DNA of 63,759 nucleotides from Candidatus Parcubacteria bacterium (GCA_023132155.1 JAGLYP010000028.1:1-63759), one strand, 5' to 3'. Shown: positions 34,319 through 43,358, counted from the stretch's first letter. Notes: a model not told the origin generated them from the sequence alone. Made by a program: numbers and translations.

Positions 34319-35350
34319 ATGGAAGAAAAATTAAAAAAAGTTAAAGCCTTATGGGAGAGGTTAAAAGTTAGCGGGGCGACAAGCAAGGAATTGTGTGAAT
34401 TAATTAAAAATGTTCCTGAATTAAGGAATGAGGTTTGGCGGGAATTGAAAAAGAATAATCCCACCAACGAGGATTTGCGTTTTTTAATTGAATTTGTTGA
34501 TGGTGATTTACAAAAAGAATTTTGGGAAGAATTGAAAAAAAATAAAATTTCAAATTTTGAATTAAAAAATATTATTGAATATGTTGAACCGTTTAGAAAA
34601 GAAGCTTGGAAAAAACTTTTAAAACAAAAACCGACTAATTTTGAATTGCGCGATATTGCGCGATATGTCGAGCCATTAAGGCATGACGCGTGGAAAAAAT
34701 TGGCAAAACAAAAGCCGACTGAAAATGATCTGATATATATAATTAAATTTGTTGAATCATTAAGGAAAGACGCTTGGAAAAAACTGGCGAAAATGAATCC
34801 GGATACTGATAATTTATTATATATAATTAAATATGTTAAAGAACTTAGGGAGGATGCATGGAAATTAACGCTTAAATTAAGGCAATCAAATGATATAATA
34901 AGAAAAATAATAACCAAAGTGCCTGATTTCAGGGAGCGCGCGTGGGAAACGCTTTTGGCGCAAAATCCAAGCAACAGTGATTTATGCTTTATAATAAAAG
35001 ACGTTGAATCGCTGCGCGAACAGGCATGGAAAGAATTTTGCAAAAAGAATCCTTCTAACGAGGATTTGCGTTTTATATTGAAGCATGTTAAAGAATTAAG
35101 AAGCAGGGCATGGAAAAATTTATTGGAGCGGAAGCCGACAAATAATGATTATTGTTTTATCATAAAAGATGTTGAATCTTTGCGTGTTGAGGCTTGGAAA
35201 AAATTTATAAAAAACAAACCGACAGACGATGAAATTGATTTTATAATCCGCTATATTCCGACTTTAAAAAATTACGCGGAACGATATAAAAAGACTAAAA
35301 ATAATAAAATTTTAGAAGAGATTAAAGATATTTATTTATATGAAAAATGA
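34319..35350 (+). CDS. alpha-helical tandem-repeat protein (~10 x 32-33 aa, HEAT/ARM-like)
   Basis: The unit P(T/S)N.DL..II..V..LR..AWK.L.K.K repeats about 10 times. The start is set at ATG 34319 (MEEKLKK), because the longer ORF from 34229 begins inside the TGTCAT repeat copies. Confidence 0.65.
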   Translation: MEEKLKKVKALWERLKVSGATSKELCELIKNVPELRNEVWRELKKNNPTNEDLRFLIEFVDGDLQKEFWEELKKNKISNFELKNIIEYVEPFRKEAWKKLLKQKPTNFELRDIARYVEPLRHDAWKKLAKQKPTENDLIYIIKFVESLRKDAWKKLAKMNPDTDNLLYIIKYVKELREDAWKLTLKLRQSNDIIRKIITKVPDFRERAWETLLAQNPSNSDLCFIIKDVESLREQAWKEFCKKNPSNEDLRFILKHVKELRSRAWKNLLERKPTNNDYCFIIKDVESLRVEAWKKFIKNKPTDDEIDFIIRYIPTLKNYAERYKKTKNNKILEEIKDIYLYEK

Positions 35351-35603
35351 AAAAATTGAAGGAATAGGGGATATATTAAAAATAAGAAAAACCAAAAAAA
35401 CCCCCGCCTACGAATGGCAGGAGCTGGCATTGCGAGTTATTGAGGAATTAAAAGTCCCAAGTAATAAGCGAAGTTCGGTTTTTAAGGCATGCAAACAGCT
35501 TCCCAAAAATTTTATTTTACAAGCCTTAAACGATACGAAAGAATTATGTAAAACCGGAGATAAGTGGAAATATTTTTTTAAAATATTAACCAGCAAAGAA
35601 TAA
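35340..35603 (+). CDS. hypothetical small protein (87 aa), translationally coupled to the repeat protein
   Basis: It overlaps the upstream stop by 11 nt. The sequence is basic and helical; no motif was recognised. Confidence 0.5.
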   Translation: MKNEKIEGIGDILKIRKTKKTPAYEWQELALRVIEELKVPSNKRSSVFKACKQLPKNFILQALNDTKELCKTGDKWKYFFKILTSKE

Positions 35604-35606
35604 ATT

Positions 35607-36398
35607 TTAGCTAATTTCAAAATCCATAACCAGATATCCGACTCCAAAAGGCGCTTCATAAGAAAGCGTTTTTGCTTTATAATTAACATTTTTTAATATT
35701 CCTTGCTGGATTAAAAACGGGCGCAAGCCGCATTCTTTAGCTTCATTTATAAATTCCGGATCAAGATTTAAAATTTCATTAATTTTTTTCGCGCTTAGTA
35801 ATTCTATGATTTTTTTATCAAATTTTTTGCCCTTAGGCGAATACCCCGCGGGAGAATCTTTAATTAAACTATGGGAAAGATCGCCTGAAGCAATCACGGC
35901 GATATTTTTATTGCTGACAAAAATTTGAGTTTTAAGCTTTTCACCGAAATTGAAGTGTTCTTCCAGGCTGAGCCCTGAATGACAAATTGGAATTATTTTT
36001 ATATTTTTCAAATTCCCGGTAAGAACATATAACGGAACAGCCGATCCGTGATCTAAAAAATCATCGGTATTAAGCTGAAGCGGAGTATTTGTTTCAAGTT
36101 CCTCTTTGATTTTATATGCCAATTCAATATCCAAGTCCCATGTTTTTTGCGTGGAAAAATCACCGAAATCTTTAAAATTACAGCTTAATTTTGGATTAAA
36201 ATTAATTGTAAAAGAATTCTCGTATGCTTTTCCATGCGGCGAAATAATAATGATCGTATCAATATTTTTTTCGCTTAATTTGTTTTTTAATTTTTCATAC
36301 GAATTTAAAGTCGCTTTCAATTGTTTCAGATGATCTTTTCCGATCGCTGGAATTAAAATCGGCGGATGGGGGACAATGCTCGCGAATACTAGAGGCAT
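35607..36398 (-). CDS. class III extradiol dioxygenase subunit B-like (LigB/Memo superfamily) protein
   Basis: The N-terminal MPLVFASIVPHPPILIPAIGKDH, later ISPHG and GDLSH are His-containing motifs typical of the LigB-fold domain often found fused to AMMECR1. This is recalled, not searched. Confidence 0.5.
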   Translation of the reverse strand: MPLVFASIVPHPPILIPAIGKDHLKQLKATLNSYEKLKNKLSEKNIDTIIIISPHGKAYENSFTINFNPKLSCNFKDFGDFSTQKTWDLDIELAYKIKEELETNTPLQLNTDDFLDHGSAVPLYVLTGNLKNIKIIPICHSGLSLEEHFNFGEKLKTQIFVSNKNIAVIASGDLSHSLIKDSPAGYSPKGKKFDKKIIELLSAKKINEILNLDPEFINEAKECGLRPFLIQQGILKNVNYKAKTLSYEAPFGVGYLVMDFEIS

Positions 36399-36430
36399 AG
36401 ATTTAGGAATTAAGAATTAAGAATTAGGAA

Positions 36431-37972
36431 TCAAGGATTTAAAACATTATTGATTTCATCTTCTAATATTTCGTCTGTGGAGGAGGCTAAAATTGTATCA
36501 GTGGAGCTTGCGCTGTCTGTGTCAATTATATCTTCAGTAAATATTTCCTTAACCGCGCCGCCTTCGGCGTAAAGATTAAGGATTTTTTCAGGGACAGTTA
36601 TGATATTATCCCAGGAATAACCTAAATCTTCAAAAATTTTACCTGAAGTTATCGGCCTCCGTTTTTTATTGTCAATTACATATACGGCCGGAGAGAGATT
36701 TGATTTTAACAGCTCGCCGTCATTGAAAATTGCCGGTTCAACGGTTTTGTAGCTGGCTAATTTTTCCGGACTTTCCGGAGTGATGGATTTCCATTTGAAT
36801 TTGGTTTTTAATAAAACCGCGTCCCAAAGAGGGGCTTTTGTGCCTTCGGTTACGTAGTAGATGCCGCCGCTAACTTTATCTTGCAATAAGGCTCCGGTAG
36901 GATAGCTTGAAGTCGCGGTAATAGGTACGCCCTCTTCGTAGGCGTTGACATCTTCCCAGCTGGCGTTTAAAATTTCTTCCGGGTTATATCCGATTTTTCT
37001 AAATGCTTCCGCGCTCGCAAGTCCGCGGCGTTTGTCGTCAACTAACAAATAAATAGTTCCGCGCGGACTGCGGATTAAGGAATATTGAGGAAATTTAATC
37101 GGAGCTCCTTTTGGATATTGGTCTAAAATTGATTTATTAACTTGAATTACTTTATTTAAATCATATCTTGAAGTTAGCGCGCCCTTGGTTAAGAATGGGC
37201 GTTTTTGACCGTTTTTGATAAGCCAAACGCCGGGCTCGCCTTTTATTTGCAAAAGGGTGTTATCAGGATAGCTAAAAGTAAAATAACGCATCCATAGTTT
37301 ATAGAAATTATAATTTCCATTATAAACATGCGGCGTATAATTATATAAAGCGGCGGTAGCGTTATTTAAAGGAGTAACTTCCATCGGCGGTTTATTGGTA
37401 TTGGTTATAGTGTAAGTATTTCCGGCGCGATAGTTGTAATGGCGCGGATTTTTTATATAATCAAAAAATTGCAGCGCGGCCGAGTTTACTTGCTTGCCAA
37501 AACCTTTCCATCTGTCATTGCAGCCTCCGCCATCCGGACATCCATAACCGGTTGCCCAATCAAGCTGTCTTTGCGTTGGTGTTGTTGCGGTAATAAGGCT
37601 TTGCTCTTTTTGCAAAAGCACAATTAAAAATTTAGGGTTGATTGTAACTTTTTGGCAAAATCTTTCTTTTTCTTGCGGATTTGCGTGAGTAAATAAATCC
37701 GAATTGCCGCAATCATAATTATTCGCGGCATCATAGATAATTTGCGCCGCGGTTTTGGTTCGCCCCGCGTAATCAGAAAGGTTGTTTTTGGAAATGTATC
37801 CGTTTTTAGCGCGCAAAAAAGCGTCAATTTCAGAAAGCGTCATTGAGTCCGCGTCAAGTATTTCCTCATCGCTGATTATATGATTTGGATCAAAAAGCGC
37901 TGCCAGCGATTCTGTGCTTAAACACGCAAAAATAATAAAACATGTGATTATTAAATAAGTTTTTTTTAGCAT
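36431..37972 (-). CDS. secreted protein with four C-terminal ~55-aa repeat modules
   Basis: The signal peptide is MLKKTYLIITCFIIFACLSTESLA. The modules are GVWLIKNGQKRPFLTKGALTSRYDLNKVIQV, GTIYLLVDDKRRGLASAEAFRKIGYNPEEI, GGIYYVTEGTKAPLWDAV and PAVYVIDNKKRRPITSGKIFEDLGYSWDNI. Confidence 0.65.
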   Translation of the reverse strand: MLKKTYLIITCFIIFACLSTESLAALFDPNHIISDEEILDADSMTLSEIDAFLRAKNGYISKNNLSDYAGRTKTAAQIIYDAANNYDCGNSDLFTHANPQEKERFCQKVTINPKFLIVLLQKEQSLITATTPTQRQLDWATGYGCPDGGGCNDRWKGFGKQVNSAALQFFDYIKNPRHYNYRAGNTYTITNTNKPPMEVTPLNNATAALYNYTPHVYNGNYNFYKLWMRYFTFSYPDNTLLQIKGEPGVWLIKNGQKRPFLTKGALTSRYDLNKVIQVNKSILDQYPKGAPIKFPQYSLIRSPRGTIYLLVDDKRRGLASAEAFRKIGYNPEEILNASWEDVNAYEEGVPITATSSYPTGALLQDKVSGGIYYVTEGTKAPLWDAVLLKTKFKWKSITPESPEKLASYKTVEPAIFNDGELLKSNLSPAVYVIDNKKRRPITSGKIFEDLGYSWDNIITVPEKILNLYAEGGAVKEIFTEDIIDTDSASSTDTILASSTDEILEDEINNVLNP

Positions 37973-37990
37973 ATTTTGTATTGTTATATT

Positions 37991-38038
37991 GCTGTATTGT
38001 TATATTGTTAATAAAATTAAACAATATAACAATACAGC
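37991..38038. repeat. perfect 19-bp inverted repeat in the upstream region of the 36431-37972 gene
   Basis: The repeat is GCTGTATTGTTATATTGTT-N10-AACAATATAACAATACAGC. A direct partial copy, TGTATTGTTATATT, lies just upstream. Confidence 0.6.
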
Positions 38039-38096
38039 AATATAGCCATTATACATTATTTTATCTTTTTTTACAAAAAACTTTATATAAAAAAAT

Positions 38097-38124
38097 CGTC
38101 CCGCCCATTGCGAGGGGCGGGACG
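38097..38124 (-). terminator. intrinsic terminator of clpB
   Basis: The minus strand reads CGTCCCGCCCCtcgcaatGGGCGGGACG followed by a T-run, 13 nt after the clpB stop codon. Confidence 0.8.
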
Positions 38125-38136
38125 ATTTTTTATTTT

Positions 38137-40770
38137 TTATTTCACATTAACCAATAATTTATCTTTAATTCCAAGATCAATTGATATCTTGTTTCCTTCT
38201 TTGATTTTGCCTTTAATAATTTCCAGAGCCAATTCATCAAGGATTGAATTTTGTATGATTCTTTTTAACGGCCGCGCTCCAAAAGTTATATCATAACCCT
38301 TGTTAGCCAGCATTTTTTTAACTTTAGCCGCGATTTTTAGCTTAATATTTTTGTCAAGCAGTCTTTTTTCCAATTTATTTAATTCAAGATCCACTATTTC
38401 AACCAATACCTTTTTGCTAAGGCTTTTGAATATTACAATTTCGTCAATTCTATTTAAAAATTCCAGCTTAAAATTTTCTTTAAGAATTATGTCAATTTTT
38501 TCTTTCATTTCGCTATCTCTGATTTTAACGGCTTCCGCCTTATCGCTTTCATCGGAAAATCCGATTGAATATTGCTTAATAACTTCATTGCCAAGATTGG
38601 ATGTCATAATGATAATTGAATTTTTAAAATTAACCACCCGTCCCTTAGCATCGGTTAAACGGCCATCATCTAAAATTTGCAAAAGAATATTAAATACTTC
38701 AGGGTGGGCTTTTTCAATTTCATCAAATAAAATTACGCTATAAGGGCGGCGGCGGATTTTTTCCGTTAACTGTCCGCCTTCTTCATGTCCGATATAGCCG
38801 GGAGGGGAGCCTATCATGCGGGCAACGCTGTGCTTTTCCATAAATTCACTCATATCCAGCCTGATTAAAGCATTTTCATCGTTAAACATAAAGTCCGCCA
38901 AGGTTTTGCCTAATTCGGTTTTTCCCACGCCGGTTGGTCCGACAAACAGGAATGATCCGATTGGTTTTTGCTCTTCGGATATTCCGGCTCGCGAACGGCG
39001 AATCGCGTTGGCAACAGATTTAATCGCGTCATCCTGGCCCCTGACGCGCTTAGACAATTCAATTTCGGCTTTTGCCAGTTTTTTAATTTCAGATTCAAGC
39101 ATTTTTGAAACCGGAATTCCCGTCCAGCGGGCTACAACTTTGGCAATATCTTCATTGTCAATTTCTTCTTTTAATATTCTTTGCCCTTTTTTCTGGATAT
39201 TTAATAATCCTGTTTCCAATTCTTTTACGTCTTTTTCCAATGCTGGAATTTTCGCGTATCTGATTTCCGCTACTTTAGCCAAGTCTTCACCCTGTCTTTC
39301 AATAATTTCAGCTTCAGCTTTCAAATTATCAATTTCTTTCTTTTTTACGCTTATTTTTGATATGATATTTTTTTCGTTGTTCCAGTGCAATTCAATTTGA
39401 TCGGCTTTTTCTTTAAATTCTTCAATTTGCTTATTTAAATGCTTGATTTTTACATTGCTTTTTTTGTCATGTTTTAAACCGGCTTTTTCAATTTTTAATC
39501 TTTTAATTTCTCTTTTTAATTTATCCAGATCCTCGGGCATTGAATCAATTTCCATTCTTAGCGCGCTTGTGGCTTCGTCAACTAAATCAACCGCCTTATC
39601 CGGCAAAAAACGGTCGCTTATATAGCGGGAAGAAAGTTTAACCGCGGACATTATGGCATCATCGGTAATTCTTACGCCATGATGAACTTCATACTTTTCT
39701 TTAATTCCCCTTAAAATCGCGATTGTATCTTCGGCGCTTGGCTCGGAAACGTAAATCGGCTGAAAGCGCCTTTCCAGAGCAGCGTCTTTTTCAATGTATT
39801 TTTGATATTCTTTAACGGTAGTGGCGCCGATTGTTTTTAATTCGCCGCGCGCCAAAGCGGGCTTAAGCATATTTGAAGCATCCATAGCGCCTTCAGACGC
39901 GCCAATTCCGACGATTGTATGCAATTCATCAATAAATAGAATAATTCTGCCTTCTTGAGATTTAATCTCTTTTAAAACCGCTTTTAAACGATCCTCAAAT
40001 TCACCTCTGAATTTCGCGCCGGCGACCATTGAACCCAGGTCAAGGCTGATTAATTCTTTGTTTTTTAAGGTTTCAGGAACATCGCCATCAATAATTCTTT
40101 GCGCCAATCCCTCAACAATCGCGGTTTTTCCCGTTCCGGCCTCTCCGATAACAACCGGGTTGTTTTTTGTGCGGCGAGATAAAATTTGCATTATTCTGCG
40201 AATTTCCTCATCTCTGCCGATTACAGGGTCCAGTTTTTTCTGTTTTGCCAATTCAGTTAAATTAATCGCGTATTTTTCTAAAACTTTATATTTTGTTTCA
40301 GGATTGGGGCTGTCAACTTTTTGCGAACCGCGAAGTTCCGCTAAAATTTTTAAAATATTTTCATAATCAACCCCAAGGCGCAAAAGAATTTCCTGTGATT
40401 CGCTTTTTATGCCGATCAAAGCCAAAAGGATATGTTCGGTGGAAATATATTCATCATCCATTTGATCGGCTTCTTTTTTTGCTCTTTCTAAAATCATTGC
40501 CACCTCCGCGGTACCCTGAACCGCGCCAACATTTTCCGGCACAGGAGTAGGGGACTTTGGCCTTTTTTCAATTTTTTTAAAAATCATATCTTCCACTTCT
40601 TCGGGTGAAATTTTTAATTTTTCCAAAACCGGCTTAATTAAGCTTTCGCTTTGGGTTAAAAGCGCGGCAAAAATATGCAAGCTTTCAATCTGAGATTGCC
40701 CGTAATCCTGGGCGATAATTTGCGCGTTAATAATCGCTTCTTGTGATTTATTGGTAAACTTATTAAACAT
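38137..40770 (-). CDS. clpB: ATP-dependent chaperone/disaggregase ClpB
   Basis: The 877-aa protein has two AAA+ modules ([15 protein letters not shown] and [15 protein letters not shown]). It also has a Clp N-domain and the long coiled-coil middle domain that separates ClpB from ClpA/C. Confidence 0.95.
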   Translation of the reverse strand: MFNKFTNKSQEAIINAQIIAQDYGQSQIESLHIFAALLTQSESLIKPVLEKLKISPEEVEDMIFKKIEKRPKSPTPVPENVGAVQGTAEVAMILERAKKEADQMDDEYISTEHILLALIGIKSESQEILLRLGVDYENILKILAELRGSQKVDSPNPETKYKVLEKYAINLTELAKQKKLDPVIGRDEEIRRIMQILSRRTKNNPVVIGEAGTGKTAIVEGLAQRIIDGDVPETLKNKELISLDLGSMVAGAKFRGEFEDRLKAVLKEIKSQEGRIILFIDELHTIVGIGASEGAMDASNMLKPALARGELKTIGATTVKEYQKYIEKDAALERRFQPIYVSEPSAEDTIAILRGIKEKYEVHHGVRITDDAIMSAVKLSSRYISDRFLPDKAVDLVDEATSALRMEIDSMPEDLDKLKREIKRLKIEKAGLKHDKKSNVKIKHLNKQIEEFKEKADQIELHWNNEKNIISKISVKKKEIDNLKAEAEIIERQGEDLAKVAEIRYAKIPALEKDVKELETGLLNIQKKGQRILKEEIDNEDIAKVVARWTGIPVSKMLESEIKKLAKAEIELSKRVRGQDDAIKSVANAIRRSRAGISEEQKPIGSFLFVGPTGVGKTELGKTLADFMFNDENALIRLDMSEFMEKHSVARMIGSPPGYIGHEEGGQLTEKIRRRPYSVILFDEIEKAHPEVFNILLQILDDGRLTDAKGRVVNFKNSIIIMTSNLGNEVIKQYSIGFSDESDKAEAVKIRDSEMKEKIDIILKENFKLEFLNRIDEIVIFKSLSKKVLVEIVDLELNKLEKRLLDKNIKLKIAAKVKKMLANKGYDITFGARPLKRIIQNSILDELALEIIKGKIKEGNKISIDLGIKDKLLVNVK

Positions 40771-40796
40771 AATATTTATATTAAATCTTTAATTTA

Positions 40797-40852
40797 TAGT
40801 CAAGGAATTTGAATATTCCCGACTACTGTTAGTGCCCTTTGGGCATAACTTG
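40797..40852 (-). promoter_or_regulatory. conserved structured leader element, copy 3 (short form)
   Basis: The minus strand reads CAAGTTATGCCCAAAGGGCACTAACAGTAGTCGGGAATATTCAAATTCCTTGACTA. It lacks the 27-nt inner hairpin of copies 1 and 2. It lies between CIRCE and the clpB ATG. Confidence 0.6.
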
Positions 40853-40856
40853 TAAG

Positions 40857-40883
40857 TTAGCACTCTCACTGCTTGAGTGCTAA
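40857..40883 (-). promoter_or_regulatory. CIRCE operator (HrcA binding site)
   Basis: TTAGCACTC-N9-GAGTGCTAA is a perfect match to the CIRCE consensus. It starts 4 nt downstream of the -10 box. Confidence 0.85.
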
Positions 40884-40887
40884 TTTA

Positions 40888-40916
40888 ATAATAGTATTTA
40901 TGGAGCATGTTGTCAA
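40888..40916 (-). promoter_or_regulatory. sigma-70-like promoter of clpB (TTGACA-17-TATTAT)
   Basis: On the minus strand, TTGACA lies at 40916-40911 and TATTAT at 40893-40888. Confidence 0.65.
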
Positions 40917-40993
40917 GTAAAATTTATTTTGAGTGTTTAAAAGGGACAGTACGTAATTGCAGGCATCCCTTTGCGGTTAAATCTTAGATTTTT

Positions 40994-42010
40994 TTACTCC
41001 ACAATATCCAAACTCCTATCGCATTGTATGCAATGGCCGTTTTGGTCAAGGCGTTCAACGTGATAGCCGAGCCTTCTTATCGCCAATTCATTACAGCGGG
41101 GACAGTAAGTGTTTTCTTTTTGATCGCCGGGTATATTGCCGACATAAACATATTTTACTCCCGCGTCTTTGGCTATTTCATAAGCCTGATAAATTATATC
41201 TTCTCCTGTCGGGGGAAAATTTTTTAATTTCCATGAAATATCAGGTGAAAATTTGCTTAAATGCCACGGGGTATCGCCGTCTAATTCTGAAGCTATAAAA
41301 TCGGCTATTTGGCTTAAAGTTTCAATATTATCGGAAAGGCCGGGAATGATTAAGGTGGTTATTTCCAAATGAATTTGCTCTTGTTTTATTTTTTTTAAAT
41401 TATCCAAAACCGGCTCTAATCTGGCTGAACAAATATTATTATAAAAATTATTGTCAAAAGATTTTAAATCAATATTAATCGCGTCAAGATAGGGGAATAT
41501 TTCTTTCAAACATTCATTGGACATATAACCGTTAGATACCCAAAGATTTTTCAAGCCATTAGCCTGCGCCAGGCGCATAACATCAAGGTAGTATTCAACA
41601 TTAATAGTCGGCTCGTTATAAGTATAAGCTATTGATTGGCAATCATTGCCGATTGCCTCTTCAACAATCCGTTCGGGGTTAATATTGCTAAAATTATCAA
41701 GTATTTTTTCAATGCTTTTCACTTGGCTTATCGCGTAGTTTTGGCAATTATCACATTTAAAATTGCAGCCCAAGGAACCGATTGAAAAGGCTAGCGAACC
41801 CGGCATAAAATGAAAAAAAGGCTTTTTTTCAATCGGATCAATATTTTGCGCGCTGATAACGCCATATCCAAGCGTATACAGATTTCCGCCATTATTGATT
41901 CTGTTTAAGCAAATTCCTGTTTGCTTATTTTGAATCACGCAATTATGATTGCATAACAGGCATTGCGCGGATCCGTCCTGATTGGTTTTATAGAATTTTG
42001 CTTTTTTCAT
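40994..42010 (-). CDS. AmmeMemoRadiSam-system radical SAM enzyme (PflA-like activase family)
   Basis: The N-terminal pattern is C.LC.H.C.I..G..GIC..R.N..G.L. DPIEKKPFFHFMPGS follows. GCNFKCDNCQN is the CX3CX2C cluster, and a C-terminal CPRC....CIQC zinc ribbon is present. Confidence 0.8.
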   Translation of the reverse strand: MKKAKFYKTNQDGSAQCLLCNHNCVIQNKQTGICLNRINNGGNLYTLGYGVISAQNIDPIEKKPFFHFMPGSLAFSIGSLGCNFKCDNCQNYAISQVKSIEKILDNFSNINPERIVEEAIGNDCQSIAYTYNEPTINVEYYLDVMRLAQANGLKNLWVSNGYMSNECLKEIFPYLDAINIDLKSFDNNFYNNICSARLEPVLDNLKKIKQEQIHLEITTLIIPGLSDNIETLSQIADFIASELDGDTPWHLSKFSPDISWKLKNFPPTGEDIIYQAYEIAKDAGVKYVYVGNIPGDQKENTYCPRCNELAIRRLGYHVERLDQNGHCIQCDRSLDIVE

Positions 42011-42057
42011 TTTGAAAATGTTATTAACATTTATTATTCATAAAATATCACATTTTA

Positions 42058-42086
42058 TTGCCGAACGCAAGAATATTTACTATAAT
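42058..42086 (+). promoter_or_regulatory. sigma-70-like promoter (TTGCCG-17-TATAAT)
   Basis: TTGCCG lies at 42058-42063 and TATAAT at 42081-42086. Confidence 0.45.
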
Positions 42087-42103
42087 AAATTTATAGCTAA
42101 AAT

Positions 42104-42139
42104 GGGCATGTCGCCGAAGCGGTGTTCGGCGATATGCCC
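42104..42139 (+). promoter_or_regulatory. 15-bp-stem hairpin in the 5' leader of the GT26-NUDIX gene
   Basis: GGGCATGTCGCCGAAgcggtgTTCGGCGATATGCCC has one mismatch and ends 7 nt before the ATG at 42147. Confidence 0.55.
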
Positions 42140-42146
42140 AAAAAAT

Positions 42147-43358
42147 ATGGACAGAAAAAAAAGCATAAGCATATTGGGAATAAATATTGATAATATTTCC
42201 AAACAAAATCTTTTATCGCGAGTTGAAAAAAATTTAGAAAAAAATAATTTTAAATTTTTAATAACCCCTAATCCGGAAATAATTTTACAAGCGCAAAAAG
42301 ATGAAGAGTATTTTTATATTTTAAATAAAGCCGATTATTCAATCGCTGACGGCATTGGCTTGAAATTCGCGGCTTTTTTATTGGGAAAAAATATTAAGCG
42401 GATCACCGGCGCTGATTTAAGCAGGGATATTTTAAAAATAGCTCAAAAAAAATCTAAAAAAATATTGATAATTAATCGGCGAAAAGGATTATCAAGCAAG
42501 AAAGATATTGAAAAAATGTTGTCAACAGGATTTCCAGGGTTAAGATATATGGTAGTTGATAATCCTCGCGATAAAAATGAATGGCAAAAAATAATTAATA
42601 AAAAAACAAGTGATTTTGCTCCGGATATTTTATTTTGTTTATTCGGCGCGCCATTGCAGGAAAAATTTATTTATCATAATGCCCGTAAAATCAAGTCAAT
42701 TAAACTGGCGCTCGGAGTGGGCGGGGCTTTTGATTTTCTAACTAAAAAAATTAAGCGCGCGCCTTATATTTTTAGAAAGTTAGGATTGGAGTGGCTGTGG
42801 CGGCTTGTTAAACAGCCTAAACGAACAAAAAGAATTTATAACGCGGTCGTTAAATTTACTTATAAATTTTTACGTTGGCGTTTTATTCTGCCTTTTTTAT
42901 ATCGTCCAAATGTTGCCTGTCTTTTATATAAATATGAAAATAATAAAAAATATATTTTATTGGTAGAAAGAAAGAATGATTTAGGCCATTGGCAGCTGCC
43001 TCAAGGCGGAATAGACGGTGAAGACCTTGAAAGAGCAGGGGAGAGAGAACTAAGCGAGGAGCTTAATTGTAATAAATTCAAATTTATAAAAGCTTATAAA
43101 AATATTTATAAATATAAATTCGGACAAAAAAATGAAACAGGGAAGTATAAAAACGCGCGAAAGCACATAGGCTATAAAGGGCAAAAGCAGAGCTTGTATA
43201 TTGCAAAATTTACGGGGAGAGACGCGGATATTAAAATAAATTTTTGGGAACATAGAAATTGGCAATGGGTTGAAGATAATAAGGTATTGGATATTGTCCA
43301 TAAATGCCGCAAAGAAGCAACTGAAAAATATTTGGGGTTATTTAACAAAATTTGCTAA
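42147..43358 (+). CDS. fusion protein: WecG/TagA/CpsF-family (GT26) glycosyltransferase plus C-terminal RppH-like NUDIX hydrolase
   Basis: The GT26 part reads ITPNPEIILQA...YSIADGIGLKFAA...LFGAPLQEKFI...GLEWLWRLVKQPKRTKR. The NUDIX part reads YRPNVACLL....WQLPQGGIDGEDLERAGERELSEELN. The start is set at ATG 42147 (MDRKKSISILGINID); the track ORF from TTG 42012 runs through the promoter and hairpin. Confidence 0.7.
   Translation: MDRKKSISILGINIDNISKQNLLSRVEKNLEKNNFKFLITPNPEIILQAQKDEEYFYILNKADYSIADGIGLKFAAFLLGKNIKRITGADLSRDILKIAQKKSKKILIINRRKGLSSKKDIEKMLSTGFPGLRYMVVDNPRDKNEWQKIINKKTSDFAPDILFCLFGAPLQEKFIYHNARKIKSIKLALGVGGAFDFLTKKIKRAPYIFRKLGLEWLWRLVKQPKRTKRIYNAVVKFTYKFLRWRFILPFLYRPNVACLLYKYENNKKYILLVERKNDLGHWQLPQGGIDGEDLERAGERELSEELNCNKFKFIKAYKNIYKYKFGQKNETGKYKNARKHIGYKGQKQSLYIAKFTGRDADIKINFWEHRNWQWVEDNKVLDIVHKCRKEATEKYLGLFNKIC

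Noticed and set aside
34198-35043. A 281-aa minus-strand ORF antisense to the helical-repeat gene
   Set aside because: It is a shadow ORF, low-complexity and rich in S, F and L. It stays open because the sense repeats avoid the codons that read as stops in antisense. It also starts inside the cassette's inverted repeat.
38108-40550. Multiple 60-194-aa plus-strand ORFs inside clpB, and similar antisense ORFs at 3565-4026, 23508-24035, 54700-55050 and 16381-16908
   Set aside because: They lie antisense to, or in alternative frames of, confidently identified long genes. Their composition is biased and hydrophobic or low-complexity, and they show no motifs.
40797-40830. A CtsR operator (tandem GGTCAAA heptads) in the clpB leader
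   Set aside because: Only one half-site-like heptad is present (AGTCAAG, or CTTGACT on the other strand), with no second direct repeat at the required spacing. The perfect CIRCE site explains heat-shock control.
42012-42146. A 45-codon N-terminal extension of the GT26-NUDIX ORF starting at TTG 42012
   Set aside because: The extension spans a good promoter (TTGCCG-17-TATAAT) and a 15-bp-stem hairpin, and it abuts the divergent gene's start codon. GT26 proteins typically begin just before the ILGV.ID motif, which fits ATG 42147.
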